A stretch of 64,000 nucleotides of DNA from a virus: the IMG/VR virus record IMGVR_UViG_3300048924_000619, positions 30,138-94,137 of that record. One strand, written 5' to 3'. Position 1 is the first letter of the stretch, and every line of letters starts with the position of its first letter. Under the pieces are notes generated by a model that saw nothing but the letters and a program-made list of their open reading frames with translations, did no database searches and was not told the DNA's origin. Shown piece after piece: positions 56,455 to 64,000 of the stretch. The position numbers were made by a program, and so were the translations under genes.

Positions 56455-57564
56455 ATGACGACGATCTCCGGTCTGCCACCCAAGGCTGCTGGGCCGTTGA
56501 CCGGCCTCGAGGTGATTCCGGCAGACCAATCGTCCGGCGGCCTGACGGAGCGGTTCACCTCCGGCGACGTGGCGAGTCTCGGCGAGAGCTACGCGGCGCT
56601 GAACTTGGCCGTGTTTCCGGAGCGCTTTGACGCTGCCGGAACCTATTTCACGACACAACGCGCCGGCGATCCGTTCTCGACGTGGTTCCCGCCTTCGATC
56701 GTCGTCGAGTCCTCGTACGGCTACGTCGCGCAGGTCACTGGCGGCCTCCGGCTGTACACGCGCGGCGCCCTGCCGATGGGGCTAGACCGCATCTATGAGG
56801 TCGAGGCGGAGATCGACGTCGTCAGCGTCGGCGGCGGCGAGACGCCTTACGTGCGCGTCGGCATGGCCTCGCTCAAGGCCGATTTCACGGCGACGGACGC
56901 CACGCCGGACTCCTTCGGCGCAGTCGTCGGGCCCGTGGCCGCCGGCGGTGCGGTCGTGGTCCGCGGCCGGTTCAGCCTGTCGGCGCCCGCGGGCGGCTTC
57001 GCGGTCCAAGATCCGTCGACAGCGATCCTCTTCCGGCCATTCGTTGAGGTGGCGTTGCAGGCGGACGCGAGCGCGTATTATCCCAGCACCGTTACGCGGA
57101 TCCGCCGCTTGACGGTGCGCGACGTGACCGCGCTCGTCCTGGCCAAGGCCGCCATCGCGGCGCTGCGGGCCGGCAACGGCGACGATTTCCACTACCCCAC
57201 GGCGAAGGGGCTCTATGACGCCAATGCGCCGGTGTCGATGGCGTTCGCCGCGCCGCTAGTGGTCGACCTGACAGCGGGCATGTGCTTCGACCTTTCCAGC
57301 CCCGTCACCTCGAACTTCGTATTGGCCAACCCGACTGGCCTGTCGGCCAACATCGGCAAGAGCGGCCGGATTCGCTTCGCAATGGACAGCACTGGCGGCT
57401 GGGGGATCACGTCCATCGGGTCGGTTTGGGCGGCCGGCGGATCTCCGGGGGGCCTGACCCTCAATCAGCCCACGTCGGCGCCCAACGCTGTCAACGCGAT
57501 CTACTATTACGTCCGCTCCGCCACCGAGGTGGAGTGGAACATCGCGCGCGACTTCAAGGCCTGA
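56455..57564 (+). CDS. tail fibre/spike-associated protein
   Basis: MTTISGLP..LTGLEVIP fibre-type N-terminus; beta-rich C-terminus. Confidence 0.6.
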   Translation: MTTISGLPPKAAGPLTGLEVIPADQSSGGLTERFTSGDVASLGESYAALNLAVFPERFDAAGTYFTTQRAGDPFSTWFPPSIVVESSYGYVAQVTGGLRLYTRGALPMGLDRIYEVEAEIDVVSVGGGETPYVRVGMASLKADFTATDATPDSFGAVVGPVAAGGAVVVRGRFSLSAPAGGFAVQDPSTAILFRPFVEVALQADASAYYPSTVTRIRRLTVRDVTALVLAKAAIAALRAGNGDDFHYPTAKGLYDANAPVSMAFAAPLVVDLTAGMCFDLSSPVTSNFVLANPTGLSANIGKSGRIRFAMDSTGGWGITSIGSVWAAGGSPGGLTLNQPTSAPNAVNAIYYYVRSATEVEWNIARDFKA

Positions 57565-58220
57565 TGCTCCCGTTCCTGCACGCCATGGTGGGCCGGGGCG
57601 CTCGGCCGCCGTTTACCGCTGCGGCCTCGGCAAGCTCGCTGTCGGCGACCGGGGCGAATGGCTCGACCGAGACGACCACGTCCACGACCGTCACGCCGAC
57701 CGGCCTTGGGACCTTCACCTATGCGTGGACGCGCATCAGCGGCTCGACCTCGATCAACGTCACCTCTTCCACGTCGGCCACGACGACCTTCAGCGGCGTT
57801 GCGCCGAGCAATTCGACGATCAACGCCACCTTCCGCTGCACGGTAACGCGCGACGATGGCCAGACGGCCTACGCGGATGTCGCGGTCGACCTGACGGCGA
57901 TGACCGTGTTCAGCACCAACATCGCTCCGAACAACATCACCCCCGCTGGTGCTCCGCTATCGAACCATACCGTCACCCTTACGGCGGGCCCAAGTGGCGG
58001 GAGCGGAAGCTACAGCTATGCGTGGTCGATCACGTCGAGCAACTGGACCTGCAGCATCTCCGGATCATCCACCGGCTCCAGCTGCACCTTCAACTACCAG
58101 ATGGGCCCGGACGATACCCACGGCTATTCGACGACCATCTCCCTCACCGTCCATGACACTGTCACCGGCGGAAACGCCAACGCCAACGCGACGATCTATC
58201 AGTTCGACGTCAACTGGTAA
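57564..58220 (+). CDS. T/S-rich Ig-like putative receptor-binding protein
   Basis: Two repeats with TYAW/SYAW; TGATG coupling. Confidence 0.6.
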   Translation: MLPFLHAMVGRGARPPFTAAASASSLSATGANGSTETTTSTTVTPTGLGTFTYAWTRISGSTSINVTSSTSATTTFSGVAPSNSTINATFRCTVTRDDGQTAYADVAVDLTAMTVFSTNIAPNNITPAGAPLSNHTVTLTAGPSGGSGSYSYAWSITSSNWTCSISGSSTGSSCTFNYQMGPDDTHGYSTTISLTVHDTVTGGNANANATIYQFDVNW

Positions 58221-58235
58221 CGGCCAGTCGCATCG

Positions 58236-58257
58236 GTCGTGACGCCAACGTGTGGGC
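58236..58257 (+). promoter_or_regulatory. GTCGTGAC-N3-A-N3-T promoter
   Basis: GTCGTGAC gccAacgTgtgggc, then SD AAGGAG and TTG 58274. Confidence 0.7.
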
Positions 58258-58273
58258 TCCAAGGAGTCTGACG

Positions 58274-58726
58274 TTGAATCCAGCCGACGCCATCCAGCCG
58301 CCGACGGGGCGCTTCATCCTTCAGGTCCGGCGCAACGGGATCCTGGTCCCGGAGCTCTGCGTGGACGATCCCAACCTGATCGTGAACGGCTCCAAGGGGA
58401 TCCATGCCGCCCTCCTGGGGGGCAACGTCTCCAACCAGAGCGTCACGAAGATCGCCTACGGGACGAACGGGACCGCCGCCGCCGGCGCGGACACGGCGAT
58501 CACGGGCGCCTTCGTCAAGGCGATCGACGCCGTCACCTATCCGACCAGCACGTCGGTTCAGTTCGCCTTCTCGCTCGGGTCAGCCGAGGACAATGGCATG
58601 GCGATCCAGGAGTTCGGCCTGCTCACGCAGGGCAACACTCTCTACGCGCGCAAGGTCCGGACCTCAGGTGCCCTCAACAAGGACGCCGACCTGAGTTTCT
58701 CCGGAACCTGGACGATCAACTTCTAG
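58274..58726 (+). CDS. tail collar/fibre attachment protein
   Basis: NLIVNG, IAYGTNGT, EDNGMAIQEFGL..LYARK, WTINF; TTG start after AAGGAG. Confidence 0.7.
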   Translation: MNPADAIQPPTGRFILQVRRNGILVPELCVDDPNLIVNGSKGIHAALLGGNVSNQSVTKIAYGTNGTAAAGADTAITGAFVKAIDAVTYPTSTSVQFAFSLGSAEDNGMAIQEFGLLTQGNTLYARKVRTSGALNKDADLSFSGTWTINF

Positions 58727-58733
58727 GGCCGCT

Positions 58734-59588
58734 ATGAGCGATCTCTCCGAGACTGCCAGCTGGGTTCCTGGGATCTACGAACTCGAAACGGTCGACCCGG
58801 TCCAGGGCGGACCGACCGGCGTGTCCAACACGCAGGCGGGCCAACTCGCCAATCGGACCGGCTACCTGAAGGCCCACGTCGACGACCTCGAGGCGGCCGT
58901 TGCGGCGATTCAGGCCGCGCTGGGCGTGCTCCCGGATACGCAGGCGGCGGGGAACAGCTCGCAGAGCTACGCCACCACGGCGTTCGTCCACCGCGCGCAG
59001 GGCGGCTTCGTGTCGGTCGACATCTCGGCCGGCGGCAACGTCGTGCTGACATCCGACCAATGGGGTTGCGCCGTCATCATTCTGACGGGCGCTCTGCCGG
59101 GAAATACGAACGTGATCTTCCCGGCGCGGGGAGACATCTGGCTCGTCGTCAATCGTACGACGGGCTCAGCCAAGACGACCTGCAAGACGGCCTCCGGATC
59201 CGGCGTCACCGTCGCACAGGGCCGGTCGAAGGCCATCTTCTGCGATGGGACCAACGTCGGATCGTCGGAGACCGACCTTTCGACGCGCCCGCGCACGATC
59301 TCGGCGGCTACGCTTCTGGCCGCCGGCGATGACGTGACTGTCGATTTCTCGGCGAGCGTGTTCGCTCTGACCCTTCCGGCCTCGCCACAGGATGGCGATC
59401 AGGTGCGCATCCGGGGGAATTTCCTCACGTCGAATCTGACGGTGCTGCGCAACGGCAAGCTCATCGCCGACGAGACTGGAACGGCGCAGGGGGCCGACTA
59501 CCAGATCAACCGCAACAACGCCTCGGACGTCCTGACCTACGTCGTTCCGACGACCGGTTCCGCCTACTGGCTGGTGACGCAGGGCTGA
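58734..59588 (+). CDS. tail fibre protein
   Basis: L.E...W..GIYELET.DPVQGG..G.SN.QA.QLANRT.YLK; ATTAFV. Confidence 0.8.
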   Translation: MSDLSETASWVPGIYELETVDPVQGGPTGVSNTQAGQLANRTGYLKAHVDDLEAAVAAIQAALGVLPDTQAAGNSSQSYATTAFVHRAQGGFVSVDISAGGNVVLTSDQWGCAVIILTGALPGNTNVIFPARGDIWLVVNRTTGSAKTTCKTASGSGVTVAQGRSKAIFCDGTNVGSSETDLSTRPRTISAATLLAAGDDVTVDFSASVFALTLPASPQDGDQVRIRGNFLTSNLTVLRNGKLIADETGTAQGADYQINRNNASDVLTYVVPTTGSAYWLVTQG

Positions 59589-59592
59589 TCCA

Positions 59593-60198
59593 GTGATCCG
59601 CCACGACGTCCTCTTTCCGCTCGGCTACCCGCTGATCAGCCGCATCTATTTCAGCGACCCGGGTGTGTGGGCTGCTGAGGCCCCGCCGCTCACGGCGTGG
59701 GTCCGCGCGGCGGCGAGCGGCGCCGGAGGGTTCAAGGACGACGCCGACGGATGGGGTGGGGGGGCGGCATTCGCCTTCTCGAGCGAGTCGTGCGCTCCCG
59801 GCGCCGACTTCCAAATCCAAGTTGGCGACACGCAGCACTCACGCCCCGCGGCGAACGACGCGCTGGGCAACACATGGGTCAAGCGGGCAGACAGCTCGAT
59901 CCTCGTCCTGGCCGACCGCGGCCGCCCCGATGGCTCTCCTGGTCTGGGCGCGAACTCCACCGGCCTGATCACCCGCAGCGGCGGAGCCGCTGGCCCAAGT
60001 TCCGGCGGGGCGTCGGCCGGCGACGACTCCGATCCGTTCCCGCTGGGGTTTGGCGGCGTGGGAGCGTCGATCACCAACGCGCCCTGGTACGGCGGCGGCG
60101 GCGGCCGGGTGTCGGGAGCGTTCACCTATCCGCAATTCGCCGCCGCGGACGGGCGCGCCTGCCTGGAATTCTACGCCGTGGATCCGGGGTACGAATGA
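59593..60198 (+). CDS. glycine-rich tail-associated protein (paralog 1)
   Basis: GGGAAFA, ADRGR, GFGG, ends EFYAVDPGYE. Confidence 0.65.
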   Translation: MIRHDVLFPLGYPLISRIYFSDPGVWAAEAPPLTAWVRAAASGAGGFKDDADGWGGGAAFAFSSESCAPGADFQIQVGDTQHSRPAANDALGNTWVKRADSSILVLADRGRPDGSPGLGANSTGLITRSGGAAGPSSGGASAGDDSDPFPLGFGGVGASITNAPWYGGGGGRVSGAFTYPQFAAADGRACLEFYAVDPGYE

Positions 60199-60773
60199 GC
60201 ATCCTCCACAGCAAGGTCATTCCCGATCGGTCGCGGCTGATCTCGCGCGGGTGGCTGAAGCTCGCAACGTCCGGGACGGTGATGGCGCCGACTGGTGCGA
60301 CAATCGTCCGTATCGGCATCGTCTCGTCAGGCGGCGAGGGGGAAAACCTGGGCGGCTCTGGCGCGTTCGCCTACCGCAAGGCCCCGACCAGAGAGGGCGA
60401 GGTCTTCGAATTCCAGATCGGCCAGACGCACACCGGCGGTAACTCCGGCCACAGCTGGGTGCGCCGCCAGGCGACCGGGGAGATCCTTGCGTTTGCCGAC
60501 CGCGGCCGGGGCTCCGGCGAGGTCAGCGGCAACGCGGCCTACTGCGTTGGCGACTTCGTCGAGGGCGGCCAATTTCGCCTCCGCAGCGGCGGCGACTCCA
60601 CCTTTGAGCAGGCGTGGGGCTTCGGCGGACGTTGGGCCGCGAACATTCCGAGCCGGGCGTGTGGGCCTGGCGGTGGCGGGCAGGGGCGCATCTACCCCAC
60701 CCCGAATATCGCCAAGCCGGCGGGCGCCGGGGCTGGCGTATTCGAATGGTACGCCGGGGATCCAGGCTTCTGA
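60195..60773 (+). CDS. glycine-rich tail-associated protein (paralog 2)
   Basis: GGSGAFA, ADRGR, GFGG, ends EWYAGDPGF. Confidence 0.65.
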   Translation: MSILHSKVIPDRSRLISRGWLKLATSGTVMAPTGATIVRIGIVSSGGEGENLGGSGAFAYRKAPTREGEVFEFQIGQTHTGGNSGHSWVRRQATGEILAFADRGRGSGEVSGNAAYCVGDFVEGGQFRLRSGGDSTFEQAWGFGGRWAANIPSRACGPGGGGQGRIYPTPNIAKPAGAGAGVFEWYAGDPGF

Positions 60774-60777
60774 GTTG

Positions 60778-60799
60778 GTCGTGACGACAGTGTTTCGGC
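60778..60799 (+). promoter_or_regulatory. GTCGTGAC promoter, leaderless (lysis operon)
   Basis: GTCGTGAC gacAgtgTttcggc ATG; 14 nt spacer. Confidence 0.8.
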
Positions 60800-61408
60800 A
60801 TGGCTGGCACGCTGACCATCTCGAACGCCCAAAGGAAGCTGAGCACGCTCGGCCTCTATGCTGGCGCCGCAGATGGTGACTGCGGCCCGAAGACCTGGGC
60901 CGCGCTCTTCGCCCATCAAGGTGCGCGGCCAGATTTGGCGGCGCAGTTCGGCGCGGCGATGGCCGAGTACGGCCGGGACATCGACACCCCGCTCGAGGTT
61001 ATCTATTTCCTGGCCCAAGCCGGGCACGAAACGCAGGGCTTCAGGTACCTGACCGAAGTCGGCGGGCCGGGGTACTGCTCTCGCTACGACTGCCGCAAAG
61101 ACCTGGGCAACAGCCGTCCTGGGGACGGCTATCGCTTCCGCGGCCGCGGCATCTTCCAGATCACCGGCCGCGCCAATTACCTGACCATGAGCACCAAGCT
61201 CGGCGTCGACCTCCTCGCCGAGCCGGCCCGCGCCGCCGAGCCGGAGATCGCCATCCGCACGGCGCTCGAGTTCTGGCGCTCGCGTGGCCTCGGCAAGCTG
61301 GCCGCGGCCGACTACGGCGCGGAGATCACTCAACGGATCAACGGCGGCCAGAACGGGGCGGTTGACCGCCAGACGCGCGCCGCAAAGCTGAAGGCGCTTT
61401 TCGCGTGA
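60800..61408 (+). CDS. GH19 endolysin with N-terminal peptidoglycan-binding domain
   Basis: QRKL..LG...ADGDCGPKT; FLAQAGHET, RGRGIFQITGRANY, ITQRINGG.NG. Confidence 0.92.
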   Translation: MAGTLTISNAQRKLSTLGLYAGAADGDCGPKTWAALFAHQGARPDLAAQFGAAMAEYGRDIDTPLEVIYFLAQAGHETQGFRYLTEVGGPGYCSRYDCRKDLGNSRPGDGYRFRGRGIFQITGRANYLTMSTKLGVDLLAEPARAAEPEIAIRTALEFWRSRGLGKLAAADYGAEITQRINGGQNGAVDRQTRAAKLKALFA

Positions 61409-61484
61409 TCAGAGCATCTACGGTCAAGGTCTATCTCGTCGTGGCTGCGGTAGTCGCCTGCGCCGCCTACCGTTGGGGGTGCGC

Positions 61485-61727
61485 ATGAACCGCGCGCTCA
61501 GGGCGGCCATTCGCGTCCAGGAGATCGCCCTTTGCGTGGTGCGCAAGTGGTGGCGGCCCTGCATCTGCCTGGGCATTGCCGGCTCGATCATCAACGTCGG
61601 CATCGTCCTGCCAATCACCACCAAGACCTATCCCGACCTCACGGGGCTCGCTGCCCTGATTGCCGCTGCGGCGCCGTTCGGTGTGATGCGCGGCCTCGAG
61701 AAGAAATGGGGCTCGAACGATGCCTAA
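61485..61727 (+). CDS. putative holin
   Basis: WRPCICL motif, two TM segments, basic C-terminus (MRGLEKKWG). Confidence 0.65.
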   Translation: MNRALRAAIRVQEIALCVVRKWWRPCICLGIAGSIINVGIVLPITTKTYPDLTGLAALIAAAAPFGVMRGLEKKWGSNDA

Positions 61728-62154
61728 GCTCTCCTTCAGCGGCATCGCGGGCTCCGTCGGCGGTTTCCTGCTGAGGCACTGGGTGTGGTTCGCCCTCGCC
61801 GGCGCGCTGCTGTGCGCCAGGCACTATCAGGGACAGAGCGCCGGCCTCACGACCCAGCTCAGCGCCGTGACCAGCGAGCGCGACACCGCCGTTCAGCGCG
61901 CCACCGAATGGAAGGCCGCCGTCGAGGCCGACCGGGCGCTCGCCGAGAAGACGGCCGCGGCCCACGCCGACGAAACCAACCGCCTCATCGATTTGGCCCG
62001 ATCCGCGGGCGCCGCCAAACAGGGGATCGCCAATGCGCCGGGCGCTGCTGATCGCTTCCGTTATTCCGATGCTGCTTACGGCTTCATGCGGGCACGTCCC
62101 GCTCAAGCTGCCGGGGGCGCCGGGCAAGCCGCTTCCGACTTGGGTGGCCGCTGA
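61720..62154 (+). CDS. i-spanin (Rz-like)
   Basis: N-terminal TM followed by coiled coil; overlapped by a lipoprotein gene. Confidence 0.7.
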   Translation: MPKLSFSGIAGSVGGFLLRHWVWFALAGALLCARHYQGQSAGLTTQLSAVTSERDTAVQRATEWKAAVEADRALAEKTAAAHADETNRLIDLARSAGAAKQGIANAPGAADRFRYSDAAYGFMRARPAQAAGGAGQAASDLGGR

Positions 62155-62323
62155 CTTCGACTGCGGCGACGAGCCCGGAGCTCCGCCGCAGGACACCACC
62201 AAGGGCGTGGTCGAGGCCTACCAGACGGACGCGCTGTCCTGGGGCCGGACCTGCGGCACGAAACTGAAGGCTAGGGGCGCCGACGCGTCCCGCTATGGGC
62301 TGCTGGGGGTCAAGTCAAAGTGA
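62033..62323 (+). CDS. o-spanin (Rz1-like lipoprotein)
   Basis: LLTAS-C lipobox, Pro-rich, overlaps i-spanin in another frame. Confidence 0.75.
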   Translation: MRRALLIASVIPMLLTASCGHVPLKLPGAPGKPLPTWVAADFDCGDEPGAPPQDTTKGVVEAYQTDALSWGRTCGTKLKARGADASRYGLLGVKSK

Positions 62324-62646
62324 GCGAGTACGCGTGGGTGTTCGGAGCCGGATCGCTCCTGCTGGCCTTCCTGACCTTCTACGGCGGATGGGTGCTTGCT
62401 CGGTATCGCGGCGAGAGCGCGGCGAAGGACGCCAAGGAGGCGCTCGCCAAGATCGATGCCGCCAGGGCAGAGCTGCACGCGCGCATCGACAGCCTCAACG
62501 CCGACCTCGCGGCCTTCAAGGAGCACGTGGCCCGAGATTACGCCTCCAATCGCATGATCGAGCAGATGGAGGCCCGGCTCGTAGCCGCGATCAACAGGCT
62601 CGGCGACCGCCTCGACCGGGCTTTCGACCGTGTGGGCAAGGAGTGA
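62320..62646 (+). CDS. membrane-anchored coiled-coil protein
   Basis: N-terminal TM; LAAFKEHVARDYAS coiled coil. Confidence 0.65.
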   Translation: MSEYAWVFGAGSLLLAFLTFYGGWVLARYRGESAAKDAKEALAKIDAARAELHARIDSLNADLAAFKEHVARDYASNRMIEQMEARLVAAINRLGDRLDRAFDRVGKE

Positions 62647-62650
62647 TAGC

Positions 62651-64000
62651 GTGACGCTGCGGCTCATTCCGACCGAAGAAGACCTCACCTGTCTCGACCT
62701 CGAGAGCCTCAAGCCGTACGCCAACCCGCGCCGCCTGCAGTACATTGAAGCCGTGCTCGAGCACGGCGGCGTGCGCGCGGCCGGCCGGGCGATCGGCGTC
62801 GACCATGGGGCCATCTCCAGGGGGATCCAGAAGTGTCGCGCCGAGGCCGCGCAGGCCGCCCGCCAGGCCGCCATCGCCCCGCGAGGTACGGATGGCTTTG
62901 TCGTCCGGGAGATCACCACGGCGTACGACGCTGATGGCGAGGTTGATGGCGAATGGGTCCGCGAAGGACCGGAGCCGGTCCTGGGGCACGGCGGCGAGCT
63001 CGAGGGCCCCGCGCGCGACGGCCACGATGGCTGGAAGATCCAGGGCGTCTCAACCTACTATGGCGCCGGCGGCGAGGTGCGCGGCCAATGGGTGAAGACC
63101 AAGGCTGACGAAGCCGCCCGCCTCCAGGGGATCGAGGCCGCGCTCGCCAAGCTGGCGCACAACAACGCACCGCGGTTGGCCCCGCTCCCGGCGCCGGCGC
63201 ATTCCCTGCGCCACCTCCTGAACCTCTATATCTTCACCGACTACCACTTGGGCATGCGCGCCTGGGCGGAGGAGGGCGGCGCCGACTGGGATCTCCAGAT
63301 CGCGGAAGAGCTCATCCTCAAGTGCTTTGAGCACATGGTTGCGAGCGCGCCGGCGGCCCGCGTCGGCTTCATCGCGCAACTCGGCGACTTCTTGCACTTC
63401 GACGGTCTGCTGCCCCTGACGCCAACAAGCCGGCACGTGGTCGACGCCGCGGCCCACTACGAGGCGATCGTCGATGCGGCGATCCGGATCATGCAGAAGC
63501 TGATCGACTTCGCGCTGCACCGCCACGACGAGGTCGTCGTGTTGGGCGCTGAGGGCAACCACGACATCGCCGGGTCGATGTGGATGCGGCCGGTGCTGCG
63601 GGCGCTCTATCAGAACGAGCCGCGCGTGAAGGTCATCCGGAGCGCCTCGCCGTTCTACGCCTACGAGTTCGGCAAGAACATGCTCGCCTTCCACCACGGC
63701 CACCTGAAGAAGAAGGAGCAGCTGCCCGTCCTCTTCGCCGATCGGTATGACGAGATGTGGGGCCGGACGAAGAAGCGCTACGCCCACACCGGACACTACC
63801 ACCACGAGGTCGTGGTGAAGGAAGAGAGCGGGATGCGGGTCATCCAGCACCCGACGCTCGCGCCCAGCGATAGCCATTCGTCGCGCAGCGGCTTCAGCCT
63901 GAACGGTCGCCAGACCGTGGCCATCACGTACCATGAGCGGTTCGGCAAGGCCTGGGAACAGGTGGTCACGCCGGAGATGTTGGAGCCGCTGGCGGCCTGA
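62651..64000 (+). CDS. calcineurin-like metallophosphoesterase with N-terminal HTH
   Basis: TDYHLG, LGDFLH, EGNHD, HHGH, GHYHH; GVRAAGRAIGV HTH. Confidence 0.85.
   Translation: MTLRLIPTEEDLTCLDLESLKPYANPRRLQYIEAVLEHGGVRAAGRAIGVDHGAISRGIQKCRAEAAQAARQAAIAPRGTDGFVVREITTAYDADGEVDGEWVREGPEPVLGHGGELEGPARDGHDGWKIQGVSTYYGAGGEVRGQWVKTKADEAARLQGIEAALAKLAHNNAPRLAPLPAPAHSLRHLLNLYIFTDYHLGMRAWAEEGGADWDLQIAEELILKCFEHMVASAPAARVGFIAQLGDFLHFDGLLPLTPTSRHVVDAAAHYEAIVDAAIRIMQKLIDFALHRHDEVVVLGAEGNHDIAGSMWMRPVLRALYQNEPRVKVIRSASPFYAYEFGKNMLAFHHGHLKKKEQLPVLFADRYDEMWGRTKKRYAHTGHYHHEVVVKEESGMRVIQHPTLAPSDSHSSRSGFSLNGRQTVAITYHERFGKAWEQVVTPEMLEPLAA

Noticed and set aside
56455-60773. Diversity-generating retroelement or invertible fibre cassette
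   Set aside because: No reverse transcriptase, recombinase or TR/VR pair visible

Overview
GC-rich 64 kb segment of a tailed, contractile-tail phage (or prophage/phage-plasmid). The host is probably an alphaproteobacterium, possibly Caulobacteraceae-like; this is inferred from a permuted two-piece tmRNA, an alpha-type tRNA-fMet body and a CtrA-like DNA-binding domain. Gene order: ParB-like, CtrA-like wHTH, RecD/Dda helicase and SSB; terminase; a ~2.6 kb RNA-rich island (tRNA-CAT, two-piece tmRNA with an unusual tag, several unassigned structured RNA candidates); portal; a GH16/LamG fibre module and an O-acyltransferase moron; a block of probable head-packaged enzymes (zeta-like kinase, HD hydrolase, MuF, pyrophosphatase-like protein, DarB-like MTase-SNF2, second SF2 helicase); MT-A70 and DUF5664-like genes; head, neck, sheath and tube genes resembling Herelleviridae; baseplate, fibres, GH19 lysis cassette and a metallophosphoesterase. 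The strongest non-coding signal is a promoter-like element, GTCGTGAC-N3-A-N3-T-N6, at 19 sites upstream of genes or of the RNA island. In 9 of them it lies exactly 14 nt before the ATG, implying a leaderless late regulon. No integrase, DNA polymerase or CRISPR array is seen. All product calls come from motif recognition by eye, not database searches.
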